This document shows, one piece after another, positions 18,740-29,035 of a stretch of 64,000 bases of DNA (position 1 is its first letter; every line of letters starts with the position of its first letter). The notes under the pieces were generated by a model. That model saw only the letters and a list, made by a program, of their open reading frames with translations, ran no database searches and was not told the DNA's origin. This stretch comes from Candidatus Omnitrophota bacterium (GTDB lineage Bacteria > Omnitrophota > Gorgyraeia > Zapsychrales > Fredricksoniimonadaceae). The DNA is taken from NCBI GenBank assembly GCA_963769315.1, contig CAVYLG010000005.1, positions 6,075 to 70,074 on the forward strand, read 5' to 3'. The position numbers were made by a program, and so were the translations under genes.

Positions 18740-18768
18740 ATTCTACGATAAACGACGGAATATTTAAA
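18740..18768 (-). promoter_or_regulatory. Sigma70-like promoter TTTAAA-N17-TAGAAT placed 7 nt from the ATG (leaderless-type)
   Basis: -10 box at 18740-18745, -35 box at 18763-18768, spacer 17 nt. The same cassette lies upstream of 38950 and 40330. Confidence 0.5.
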
Positions 18769-18870
18769 TAGATTCTTTAGGGCTACCTGACTAATCCTAT
18801 ACCACCCACCGTAACCCTAATTAATTCGGGTTACGCTGGGTAGCAGTAGATATAAAACTACCGAAAATTA

Positions 18871-19149
18871 TTAAAAAATGTAAACGTAGACAGTACGATA
18901 AGAATCGAGATCACCTCCCACGCCGCCTTTCATGTTTTTTTCATTTATGAAATAGGTTTCTATTTCACGCGCATCTGATAAAGAATCAGCGGTCCATTCT
19001 TTCCAGTATTTGGTCGATTCCCCATCATTTTCGTGTTGTTGTTTTCTCTCATCCGGAACATGTGTCAGACCAATGGTCCAAGAAGTATAAGGTGATGATC
19101 CCACCATACCGATAATTGCTTGTTTAATAGATTGTTTATCCATCTTCAT
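18871..19149 (-). CDS. Hypothetical protein (92 aa), possibly a minimal GIY-YIG-like fold
   Basis: The WTIGLTHVPDERKQQH ... AREIETYF ... VYVYIF pattern is only loosely GIY-YIG-like. Confidence 0.35.
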   Translation of the reverse strand: MKMDKQSIKQAIIGMVGSSPYTSWTIGLTHVPDERKQQHENDGESTKYWKEWTADSLSDAREIETYFINEKNMKGGVGGDLDSYRTVYVYIF

Positions 19150-19205
19150 GCCTCCTATTCAATAGAGCAGGTACTGATCCATCATTCGTATCGAAGTCTT
19201 GTTAA

Positions 19206-19403
19206 TTAAGTGAATTTTTTCAAAACTATTCTTTCAGCTGTTATCCAATCTTCAAGTTCGTCACCAGCAGCACCATGACGCTCCAAATATAGTTCATACG
19301 CTTTCAAACGAATAGCATCTTGAATTTCTCGATTCTCATTAATAGTGGCCCGAACAACAGCTTTTCTCCTTGGTAATTTTGTATTATTATTCCCGCTTCC
19401 CAT
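19206..19403 (-). CDS. DUF2934-like small protein
   Basis: IRLKAYELYLERHGAAGDELEDWITAERIV matches the characteristic DUF2934 helix pattern. Confidence 0.55.
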   Translation of the reverse strand: MGSGNNNTKLPRRKAVVRATINENREIQDAIRLKAYELYLERHGAAGDELEDWITAERIVLKKFT

Positions 19404-19423
19404 AAGACCTCCTTGATTGTTAT

Positions 19424-21277
19424 TTATAGACTATACACTTTCAAATCGTTAAGCAAATCTTCATTGACCTTGCAGCCCAGGGATTGTGACTTGCGCACAT
19501 CCTGCCATGCCCTATCATAACGTTTGTTTAAAAAAAATACCACAGCACGGTTGGCATAGACTGTCGCTATCCCTGGATCAATAAGGAGTGCATAGTCATA
19601 ATCTGCCCTGGCCTGGAACAGATCGCCTTTTTCCTGGTACGCGGTCCCTAGGTTATTGTATGCATGGGCAAATTCAGGATTAAATTCAATCGCCTTACTA
19701 TAGTCGGCAATCGCCCGATTTAGATCATGCTTGTCTTGGGAGACTACGCCGAGATTATAATAGACAATTGCGTTATCAGGAACAATAGACAAGGCTTTCT
19801 TATAATCTGCTATGGCAGCGTCGGTCTTACCTTGGTAATAATAAAGGATACCACGGTCATTATAAGCTTGAGCATTGCTGGTATCCAATTCAATGGCTTT
19901 GCTGAAATCCTTTACGGCCAACTGCGGATTCCCTCTGTCGATCTCTGCTACCCCTTGCTGAATCCATCCTTGCGCTCCCGTGATGGCTTTCCCCGGTCGG
20001 GAAGAATTAAAAAAGCTGAAAATAAAAAAGCCTAACACCGCGCAAACGCCGACCTTGGCGACCCAAGCAGGACGGCGCAATGCCTGCCTGCTTAAAACCA
20101 CCATCGGCATCTTGTCCCTTAACGAAAGGAAGTACCGCTCAACGGTGATTGTACTTAAAACACCGCAAGCCAAACTGACTAGACAACAGCCAATAATAAG
20201 CAAAGCTGTGGGGATCTTGCCTACCCACCACGTTGCTAATTGAAAAACCAGGCAGTGCCACAAATAAATACCGTAAGAATTACGACCTATCCACTGCATA
20301 AATTCACGGTGAACCAACAGAGAAACCCCATGATACGAAGCCATAAACAAACAACCGAACATCACATAGCCCAGGGTGTAGAAATACCATGGCCCTAGGT
20401 AAAAGTTCCAATATTTATGAAAAAATAAATAATAGTATCCTATATAACCAACCGCTCCAAATAAATAACCCCATAGCTTCTTCTTGGGCCAATTGGACCA
20501 ATACGGTTCCAATAAAGCCAACATACACCCAAAACATAAACTATCGGAATGATATAACGTTGTCAGAAAAGGAAAAGGAGAATGCAATGGCCATGCGATA
20601 AAGGTTTTACCGGTATCCAAATAATAGCCACGGATCAAGGTGACTGCGGCCATCAGAGCAAAGCATATTCCCAATAAGGCCACCCGTCGGGCTCGCGCCG
20701 AAGGAAAGAGCATATACACAGCAAGGATAACAAGCGGGCAAAAGATATAAAATTGTTCAGTTACGACCAGCGACCAAGTGTGCTCTAGCAACGGGTTACG
20801 GAAAAAATAATTCTGTAAAAAAAACATATACTGAACTGCTTGCTTGGCCAGTACAGCCAATGGCTGAGGATTCTGCCAATCAAATACAAAAAATGAAACT
20901 ACAAGCAAAAGCAAATACGAAGGGTATATTTTCAGGAAGCGACGCAGGTAAAAACGCCCGATGGAAAATCCTTTGCCACTGTCCTTGTCCTTAATCAAAA
21001 TCCTCGTGATGAAAAACCCGCTAAGAACAAAAAATATCTGGACTCCTAGAACGCCTTTAATCTTAAAAAGTCCTCCTTGGACCCATAAATAAAAATCGTT
21101 GGTGTCAATACCTGAAAAATAGCCGGACTTGCTATTTAACCAGTGAAAGACCGTAGTGTTATTGGCCAGCCAACGATTGAGATGGAAATTGAGGCGTACA
21201 TGGTCAGCTAGGACCATGAGGATGGCAACAGCGCGGAAACCGTCCAGAAAAGGATAAGCCCTCTTTTGCACAGACAT
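19424..21277 (-). CDS. Acyltransferase family 3 (OafA-like) membrane protein with C-terminal TPR repeats
   Basis: YPFLDGFRAVAILMVLADH and about 10 TM helices. The C-terminal TPR units include AVKDFSKAIELDTSNAQAYNDRGILYYYQGKTDAAIADYKKAL. Confidence 0.8.
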   Translation of the reverse strand: MSVQKRAYPFLDGFRAVAILMVLADHVRLNFHLNRWLANNTTVFHWLNSKSGYFSGIDTNDFYLWVQGGLFKIKGVLGVQIFFVLSGFFITRILIKDKDSGKGFSIGRFYLRRFLKIYPSYLLLLVVSFFVFDWQNPQPLAVLAKQAVQYMFFLQNYFFRNPLLEHTWSLVVTEQFYIFCPLVILAVYMLFPSARARRVALLGICFALMAAVTLIRGYYLDTGKTFIAWPLHSPFPFLTTLYHSDSLCFGCMLALLEPYWSNWPKKKLWGYLFGAVGYIGYYYLFFHKYWNFYLGPWYFYTLGYVMFGCLFMASYHGVSLLVHREFMQWIGRNSYGIYLWHCLVFQLATWWVGKIPTALLIIGCCLVSLACGVLSTITVERYFLSLRDKMPMVVLSRQALRRPAWVAKVGVCAVLGFFIFSFFNSSRPGKAITGAQGWIQQGVAEIDRGNPQLAVKDFSKAIELDTSNAQAYNDRGILYYYQGKTDAAIADYKKALSIVPDNAIVYYNLGVVSQDKHDLNRAIADYSKAIEFNPEFAHAYNNLGTAYQEKGDLFQARADYDYALLIDPGIATVYANRAVVFFLNKRYDRAWQDVRKSQSLGCKVNEDLLNDLKVYSL

Positions 21278-21317
21278 ATTTTCAGTTTAGTATTAGAACC
21301 CTTGTCCGTTAAACTGT

Positions 21318-22574
21318 CTAAATACTTGGGACCACCTTACTTCTAATGGACAAAAAGTAACGCTCAATGGTGTTGGTGCTTAACACCCCCACCGCTATAC
21401 TTGTCGCAAAACAGCCTAAAATAATCAATTCTATAGGAATTTTGCCGACCCATATTTTCCAAAACTCAAAAACCAGAATCTGCCATATATAAATGCCATA
21501 CGCATGACGTCCAAGCCATTGAAAACTTTTAAGCCGGCTAAAGAAGGAAACCCCATGATACGCTGCAAAAATCAATAGACCAACTGTCAGGTATCCCAAT
21601 GCATACAAATACCATTCGCCCCAATAATAGCTCCAATCTATACGGAAAAATAACTGATAAAATATCGCCATTCCCAAAACCCAAAGGATTGCTCCCCATA
21701 ATTTACTTCTCTTCCAGCTAGACCAATATGGTTCTAATAAAGCCAATAAAGATCCAAAGGAAAACGGGCCCAAATTAGCTGTAATTGTCCAATATGGGGT
21801 GGTCGACTGCAAAGGCCAAGACACCAGGGCGTGTCCTGTTTTCAAACAGTATACCTGTATCAAAAATGATGTAACCATGGACAAAAAACATATGCCAATC
21901 AACATTTTGCGTCTCTCCTGCGCTGCGGGAAAGCTGTGATTCACAGCGAGAATAACCAACGGACAGAAAAAATAAAATTGTTCCAGCGCGACTAAGGACC
22001 AAGTATGTGATAAAAAAGAATTAATGGGAAAATAGTTCTGCATAAACAATAAATGGTAAATGGCTGTCACAATGGTGGTTGTAATCCCATCATGATTTTC
22101 CCATCCATAAATCATAAGGCTTGTCAGCACCATAAGAGCATAACAGGGGTATATCCTAAAAAAACGCCTCTGATAAAAATGGACTACGGAATCCTCGTGG
22201 AGTTCCTTTCGCAACAGGATTCCGGTAATCAAAAAGCCGCTAATCACAAAGAATATTTCTATTCCCAAAATACCCTTCAATTGACTTATAACGTACTCGA
22301 TTCCCTTATAAAATCCGGTTAAATTTATTCCCAACACCTCAAAAGACTTAAAGTATATCCATTTTAGAATCGGCGGGTCTCCTGTGAATAAATAATTAAG
22401 ATTAAAGGTGTCACGCATGTGATGACATAAAATCATAATGAGGGCGATTGCCCGGAAACCATCCAGGAAGGGATAATATTTTTTAGGCAAGCTTGTCTCA
22501 ACCTTGACATGAAGTCTGGTCTTGACAGCCTTCTGCGTTCGAATTAAAACTTCTTTTTCAAATTTTGTTATCAA
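21318..22574 (-). CDS. Acyltransferase family 3 membrane protein (paralog, no TPR)
   Basis: YYPFLDGFRAIALIMILCHH and HTWSLVALEQFYFFCP, collinear with the N-terminal 400 aa of 19424..21277. Confidence 0.8.
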   Translation of the reverse strand: MITKFEKEVLIRTQKAVKTRLHVKVETSLPKKYYPFLDGFRAIALIMILCHHMRDTFNLNYLFTGDPPILKWIYFKSFEVLGINLTGFYKGIEYVISQLKGILGIEIFFVISGFLITGILLRKELHEDSVVHFYQRRFFRIYPCYALMVLTSLMIYGWENHDGITTTIVTAIYHLLFMQNYFPINSFLSHTWSLVALEQFYFFCPLVILAVNHSFPAAQERRKMLIGICFLSMVTSFLIQVYCLKTGHALVSWPLQSTTPYWTITANLGPFSFGSLLALLEPYWSSWKRSKLWGAILWVLGMAIFYQLFFRIDWSYYWGEWYLYALGYLTVGLLIFAAYHGVSFFSRLKSFQWLGRHAYGIYIWQILVFEFWKIWVGKIPIELIILGCFATSIAVGVLSTNTIERYFLSIRSKVVPSI

Positions 22575-22768
22575 TGATTTGGTTAAAAATGATTGAATTA
22601 AAATGTTTTTTAAAACACCCCTATCAATCTAATATATTTATATACATCATGGCTGGATTTATAATGATTTGAAGGTGTCAGGAACTGACATTTTCTACAT
22701 CGCGGATTTCAATAAAATAATCGTGAACAAACCATTGATTTAATGCGGGAGAGTATTAATGAAGATCC

Positions 22769-23149
22769 CTACCTGGCTTTTGAGCAAACAACAGCAGTTA
22801 TCGCTTCTTGAAAGAGCGACCAATCCTTTTCAAGGCGGGGAATTACATATTCTACGCCCAATGATTTAAACTCATTGATCTTATTTTGGCTCGTCAATAG
22901 CCCTGTTTGGACAATGATCGCCAAAGAAGGCCTATGTGATTTTACTTGTCTAACAAGTTCCATACTATCCGCGTCAGGCATAGTGGCCGAAAGGACAACA
23001 ACGTCCGGTTTATTCTCAATGATTGACTCCAGTGCCTTAGCCCCCCGAGGGACCACCACATTATTCTTTAACGTTAAAGATTCAAGGAAACCCACCGTTT
23101 TAGAAACATATACCGGATGCGCGTCAATAATCATAATTTTCGGATTCAT
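22769..23149 (-). CDS. Stand-alone receiver-like domain, degenerate (pseudo-receiver)
   Basis: CheY-like length and pattern. Ser sits at the phospho-acceptor position (DVVVLSATMPD versus CheY VISDWNMP) and there is no Lys at the K109-equivalent (YVIPRL). Confidence 0.65.
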   Translation of the reverse strand: MNPKIMIIDAHPVYVSKTVGFLESLTLKNNVVVPRGAKALESIIENKPDVVVLSATMPDADSMELVRQVKSHRPSLAIIVQTGLLTSQNKINEFKSLGVEYVIPRLEKDWSLFQEAITAVVCSKAR

Positions 23150-23871
23150 GTCTTCCTCTGTTTTTGTTGATGTTGAAAGCGATAGGCACTAGGGTTTTCT
23201 TTAACATACTTTTTAAAAGCGCGCATAAAAGATTCAGGATTTTCATAACCAAGTTGATACGCGATTTCACTGACATCTAAAGAAGAATGTTTTAATAAAT
23301 CCATGGCCTTCTCCATCCGGATTTTTAATTTATAACCTCTAAAACCATGCTTTTCATATTTTGTAAAAAGCCGGCCTACATATTGAACAGAAAGACACAT
23401 TTCTTGCGCGATAAATCCCAAAGAAGCATTGGTATAATTGCGCTGGATGAATTGTCGTATGCGCTCAACCTGGTTTTGAGGATCACGGGAAAATGGGTCT
23501 ACGCGGGACTTTTCTCTAAGGATTGCCTTGACCCGTCCCCTTAACTCATTTACATCAAATGGTTTTTCAACATAATCATCCGCGTGAAGACGTAATGATT
23601 CCACAACAATATCCTGCCCGCCATGAGCGGTCATAATCATTACTGCCAATTCTTTCTTAACCCGCCTAAGCGATTCTAATAACTCAATCCCATTAAGACC
23701 TTTCATGCGCACGTCTACAATCGCCAGCTTGATCTCATTAGGGCGCAACAAATAATCTAAAGCTTTTTGCGCGTCCAGAAATGGGATCAATTGATATTCA
23801 AACAAAACTTCTTTTAGGCTTTGATGGACACGATGATCATCATCCACGACTACGATCTTCTCTGAAATCAT
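23146..23871 (-). CDS. Response regulator with AraC-type HTH output
   Basis: The receiver domain reads VVVDDDH ... AIVDVRMKGLNGIELL ... KPF. The C-terminal AraC HTH includes EIAYQLGYENPESFMRAFKK. Confidence 0.85.
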   Translation of the reverse strand: MISEKIVVVDDDHRVHQSLKEVLFEYQLIPFLDAQKALDYLLRPNEIKLAIVDVRMKGLNGIELLESLRRVKKELAVMIMTAHGGQDIVVESLRLHADDYVEKPFDVNELRGRVKAILREKSRVDPFSRDPQNQVERIRQFIQRNYTNASLGFIAQEMCLSVQYVGRLFTKYEKHGFRGYKLKIRMEKAMDLLKHSSLDVSEIAYQLGYENPESFMRAFKKYVKENPSAYRFQHQQKQRKT

Positions 23872-25666
23872 AAGATTTTCCTATTGAAACTTTATCAACA
23901 AAAACAGGCAAAAGCACCCGAAAGGTCACCATTTTTCCTGTTTGATTCACCACTTCCAGATGACCATTATGCTTTTGAACAATGTCACGGCAAATAGCCA
24001 GCCCCAGGCCTAAACCTGTTTCCTTGGTCGTAAAAAATGGATCGAAAATCCGCTCTAAATTCCCCGGAGCAATCCCTTCACCTGAATTTGTCACTTCAAA
24101 ACCAACAACCGAATTTTGTTTTGTATCAATCGCGGAAAAAGTGCGCACCACAATCTCTCCACCACTTGGAGTTGCCTCAAAAGCATTGGCAATTAAATTA
24201 ACGACCACTTGTTTAATTTTTGGTTCATCAGCCAAAGCTAAAAGATTTTCATTGGCGATTTGTACTTGAAAAGACACCGTCTGATCCATTTTCAATTTAG
24301 CCAAATAAGTTTCCTCTTTGACAACTTCGTTAATATTGACAACGACTAGTTCCAAAGGCATCTGCTCTCGCGCAAAATCCATCATATTACGTAACATCGA
24401 ATTCCAACTGTCTAATTCCTTGGCAATCGTATCTGTCGCATCCTTGACAAAAGCCTTCTCTTTATGGCGTTGAGGGATCAATTGTACAAAGGTTTTAATT
24501 AATACCAATGAGTTCTTCAGCTCATGCGCGATACTGGCCGCAGATTTCCCGACAATGGACAATCTCTCCACCTGACGGGCTTTTTTCAATTCCAAAGTCA
24601 TATGATTAAAAGAGTGTTTCAAACGATTGATCTCATCGCGACGGCGAATCGGCAAAGACACAGATAAATCTCCTTGGGCTAGGCGTCGTGTGGCTTGAAT
24701 CATTTCATTCACCGGCTGACTCATCCATTGAGCAATGATAAAACTAATTAACGCTGCCGCAAAAACACTAAATAGGATTAAAATCCACGAATGATAATCC
24801 CAAATTCTTAAAAAAGAAAATGCCTCTGTGTATGGTTGGGCTATAATTAACCCCCAATGTAAAGAAATTATCGGTGAAAAAGCGATGATCCATTTGTGCT
24901 GGTCAGGATCAAGCTCTATCCGGCTGTCACTTTGGCCCTGACGTAATTCACTAATCACCTGGGGATGGCTAAATATATCGTTTTTAAGGACTTTCTTTTT
25001 ATCCGGATATGCCAGGATATGCCCATCCTGGTCAATCAAAATGGCGTAACTTTGCGGTCCAAATTGGATTTGATCAACCACATCCCAAATACCGCGCAGA
25101 TTATATTCAGCGATCAACATCCCTTCAACCTTGCCGTAACGGCGGATAGGCACGGCCATATCCATCACAGGCATATGATCTGAGGCGATACGTACTTTTG
25201 AAATACAATGGTCCTGATTGCGCGCGCAGTCCAGCAGGTCAATTTGCGTCTTTTGGGCCATTGGCTGACCTAAATCGGAACAGGCAATAGAATTTCCTGT
25301 TAAATCCACTGAACAAATATGACGTAAAAAAGGATACTTTAATGATAACTCAACGATCGCGGTTTCCTGCCGCCAGGTTTCCGCGTGTAAAACACCTAAA
25401 ATAGATGCTGTGGCATCCAGCGCCTGATAAGCCCCAACATATTCTTTAACAACTTCACCGGTCGCGTGAAGGGCGATTTGCTTTAAATCCCGACTTACCG
25501 TCTCCTCCATTGTCTTTTGGCTATTATTAATAAGGAGTGACCCTAGAATAACCAAGGGGACTATCATCAGCCCTAAAAGGATAAGGAAAATCTGTTGCCA
25601 TAATCGCCTGGGGAAGCCACTGTTGTATTCGCATAGGAACCTAAAGGGGTTATTTAAATTGTTCAT
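23840..25666 (-). CDS. Sensor histidine kinase (Cache-like sensor, HAMP, HisKA, HATPase)
   Basis: Two TM segments flank a periplasmic domain ([14 protein letters not shown]). The HAMP region reads [12 protein letters not shown], the H-box [10 protein letters not shown], and the N/G boxes [10 protein letters not shown] and GLGLGLAI. Confidence 0.85.
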   Translation of the reverse strand: MNNLNNPFRFLCEYNSGFPRRLWQQIFLILLGLMIVPLVILGSLLINNSQKTMEETVSRDLKQIALHATGEVVKEYVGAYQALDATASILGVLHAETWRQETAIVELSLKYPFLRHICSVDLTGNSIACSDLGQPMAQKTQIDLLDCARNQDHCISKVRIASDHMPVMDMAVPIRRYGKVEGMLIAEYNLRGIWDVVDQIQFGPQSYAILIDQDGHILAYPDKKKVLKNDIFSHPQVISELRQGQSDSRIELDPDQHKWIIAFSPIISLHWGLIIAQPYTEAFSFLRIWDYHSWILILFSVFAAALISFIIAQWMSQPVNEMIQATRRLAQGDLSVSLPIRRRDEINRLKHSFNHMTLELKKARQVERLSIVGKSAASIAHELKNSLVLIKTFVQLIPQRHKEKAFVKDATDTIAKELDSWNSMLRNMMDFAREQMPLELVVVNINEVVKEETYLAKLKMDQTVSFQVQIANENLLALADEPKIKQVVVNLIANAFEATPSGGEIVVRTFSAIDTKQNSVVGFEVTNSGEGIAPGNLERIFDPFFTTKETGLGLGLAICRDIVQKHNGHLEVVNQTGKMVTFRVLLPVFVDKVSIGKSYDFREDRSRG

Positions 25667-27360
25667 TGATATAGTCTACTATAAAGGCCTACTTGATTCA
25701 AAAGATAACCGTGGTCCCCTTGTTGGACAATATGGCCATCATCAAGCACCACCACACAATCCACATCCATAATGCTGGAAAAACGGTGGGCTACCACCAA
25801 AATAGTAGATTCGGGGCAAAAACTTCGGATATTTTTCTGTACTTGATTTTCTGTTATCGCGTCTAAAGCACAGGTAGCTTCATCTAAGAATAAAACCCGG
25901 GGCCTTCTTACCAACGCACGGGCTAAAGACACACGTTGACGCTGGCCCACGGATAATTTTAAACCCTTTTCACCTATATAGGTATCATACCCTTGAGGCA
26001 TTTGGGCAATAAACTCATCCGCGCATGCGGCTTGGGCAGCTTGACGCATCTGTTCCTGGCTGGCATGATGATTGCCTAACAGGATATTGTCTTTGATGGT
26101 CCCGCTAAAGGTATAATCATCTTGCAAAACTACTCCGATTTGCCGGCGATACGCCTGCAGATCCAACTTCCGCAAATCATGGCCATCAACCAAAATCGGA
26201 CCCGCGAAGGGATCATAAAAACGCAATAATAACTGAAGCAAGGTTGTTTTGCCTGCTCCGCTTTCTCCTACAATACCCACTGTTTGTCCCGCGGATACTT
26301 GCCAATCAAGGCCTTTGATGACCATGGATCCTTGCTCATAACCAAAATATACCTCTTTAAAAATAAATTGTCCCTTCAAATCATTGAATATTATATTCGG
26401 GCCGCTGGCTGCAGGGGAATGCTCCCGTAAAGATAAAAATTCTTCGATTTTTTGCATGGCACTGGAAGCCTCCTGGAAACTGACTTGCAAATTCCCTAAA
26501 CGCATGATAGGTCCTAATAACATGAGCCAATACATATAAAACGCAACCAGGGTTCCCACGCTCATATGCCCTTGGCTAACCGCCATCCCTCCCGCCAATA
26601 AAATAATAATGATCACCAGGTTATTGACCATATCCATCATGCTTGTCAAATGGACACCAAAGGCATAATTAGATTGACTTGCCTTTGAAAGCCCTGTCTG
26701 TAAAGATTCAAAATGTTTTTGGAGATACTCCTCCAGGGCCATGGCGCGCACCAGGGACAAGGCTTGTAAAATTTCACTCACATGATGGAGCATCTGCCCA
26801 TTGATATCCTGCAGCTTCGAATAACCTGCCTTAAGATCAGGCAATACCCTCATGCATAACCAAACCAGACAGGTATAATCAATGTCACAGCCAAGGCCAG
26901 CCATTTGTCCAAAAACCATAAAATTCCCGTTAACAACAATATGTTCATCACCGCGATCACCCCTTCCAACGCTTCATTGGACAGGAATCGGCGCACACAA
27001 TCCACGTCAGTTGTTAAACGTGTGAGGACAACAGAATATTCCATCTTCCTAAAACACAAGAGAGATAGTTTTTGGATCTGCGCATAAATTCCCTCGCGCA
27101 GATTTTCCATGATCCGCTGGGAAAAACTATAGGTATTCTTTTTAACGATTATTTGTAAGAAAGAACGGAGGGTAACAACCAGTAATAAACCAATACCTAT
27201 AGGTATTGATAAAGACATGGGCTGATGATGGCTGATGCGGTCAAGGTAAATCTTGATGATCCATGGCCAGATATACGAGAAGGAGATTGACAACACAGGA
27301 CCCAGCAAAAAGAGAAACACACAGCCATGGGGATTGCCGCCATACGCGATTCAAGATCAT
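25663..27360 (-). pseudogene. ABC exporter (fused TMD-NBD, MsbA-like) with at least two frame disruptions
   Basis: Walker [10 protein letters not shown], signature LSVGQRQR and Walker B VLFLDEA lie in 25663..26919. The TMD lies in 26850..27320 in another frame. The likely true start, ATG 27358-27360 with GAGGAG 5 nt upstream, is in a third frame. Confidence 0.7.
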
Positions 27361-27380
27361 GAGACTCCTCATTAATATTA

Positions 27381-28863
27381 CTAAATAGTATGCAAGAGAG
27401 GTGCCATTTCCTTAATGTCCGTATTGGAAATTCGGCCGGAAAATTTTTTTTGCAGATGGTCCTGATATTCCTGTTTAATGATTTCAGGGGCCATCTTGTT
27501 TAAATATGGTTTATGGCAGATGGGGGTACGGAAATTCTGGTTTTTTAAAAATGAAGAAAGCCGGCATCCTCCTGAACACATCGGCATATAGGTGCAATCC
27601 TGCGGGCATTGATTAAAGACATCAAGGTGAATGAAGGTCTGGTGCTGTTGATTATACTCATTGTCTTTGACATGTCCGGTGGACAATTCCGGGTGCCCGA
27701 GCATGGAATTGCATTTAAAAATACGCCCTTGCTGATCAACAGTACACTCCTGCTTCATCGCGCGTCACCGGACAAACAGAGGTGGACATACCGCTTTTCA
27801 TCTCCAGCCCATAACTGATCATCAATTCCCTGATCTTGCGGTTGGCCTGCACTAAAGAATCGTCTTCGTAATTGCACGCACAATGGGATTTTGGATTTTT
27901 TCCGTTTCCCCTTTAGGCCCTAAGGTCGCATGGATGGGTGAAAAAATAAAACGCCCCAGTTTATTTAAAATCCCTTTTTCTTTACAATACGCGAAAAATT
28001 TCTCTATATGCCGTATGTTTCCCTTATCAAAACTGACAGAAATCCCAATGGGCAATTTTTCACAAGAAGCGATGATATTCTTCATGATGACTTCAAAGGT
28101 ACTGCCTCCGCCGCGCAAAGGACGGTGTTTGTCATGGTCTTCCCCGACGCCATCCACAGAAATACGCACTTGCTTTAAGCCCAATGTCATATAACGATCC
28201 ACCAATTCAGGGGTCATCAAGTATCCATTGGTTTGCATCATAAATTTAAATCCAATGCCCACGGCTTTCGCACCAGGCCTTCATGGAAGTGGCAATATAT
28301 TCAAGAATGGGCTTATTAAGTAAAGGCTCTCCCCCATAAAAATTCAAATATAGGCTGCGATAACCCAATTTAAGGATCTTGGATTTAATCCAGTCCATGG
28401 TTTGTTCGGCGGTTTCCATGGTCATTTTCTCATTGACCCGTGGAACTTTCTTCAAAACAATACACGCATTTAAAATTGCAGGCAAAGGTGGTCAAAATAG
28501 TCATAAAAAGGACTTGGTATTGACGCTATATTTGATTTGATCCATATGGCGCTTTAAGCCTGGTTAAAATCTTCTTGCTCATCAGTCGCTAAAATACCCT
28601 GATTTATGCAATTGTATAATTTCATCGGCATATTGAAAACGCAGATGAAAATAATCGGGGTGGTCAAAATGATCAATAAGAGCTTTTAGCTCATCGTTGA
28701 TTTTGACCATGGCTTGAGAACGGGTATTGTAGAGCAAAGATTCGCCAGGGGTTAGGATAATCAGGGATAATAATGGTATGAAAAGAAAATTGCATGAGCA
28801 CCTCAGGGGTTTGGGGAGTTCAAAAAATACACCGGGGAGATTGACCCCCGGCATATTTGGCAT
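27381..28863 (-). pseudogene. Radical-SAM/SPASM peptide-maturase-type gene broken into at least 4 frames
   Basis: My translation of 28440-28510 gives MTILTTFACNFKCVYCFEE (CxxxCxxC). The following pieces are LNFYGGEPLL (28246..28485), ISVDGVGEDHDKHR (27852..28262) and a SPASM Cys cluster CPQDCTYMPMCSGGC (27381..27758). The N-terminal LYNTRSQAMVKINDEL piece lies in 28582..28920. Confidence 0.65.
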
Positions 28864-28871
28864 GGATTCAT

Positions 28872-28973
28872 TCAGGCTCTGGAGACATGAATACTCTGTG
28901 AACCCGGTGGCCAGCAGCAATTTAAGGCGGCCATTTGATTAATATCATCTGTACCATAATTAATGATTTCCAT
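28872..28973 (-). CDS. Unannotated 33-codon ORF with a consensus SD, a candidate precursor peptide of the decayed rSAM locus
   Basis: My translation gives MEIINYGTDDINQMAALNCCWPPGSQSIHVSRA*. AAGGAGG lies 7 nt upstream of the ATG (28971-28973). It ends 8 nt before a Met of the rSAM N-terminal fragment. It could instead be a frame-shifted N-terminus of that gene. Confidence 0.3.
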   Translation of the reverse strand: MEIINYGTDDINQMAALNCCWPPGSQSIHVSRA

Positions 28974-29035
28974 GTTTTTACCTCCTTTCATTAATAATAA
29001 ACCACTTCTTTATCAAATAGTCCGGCATATAATCA

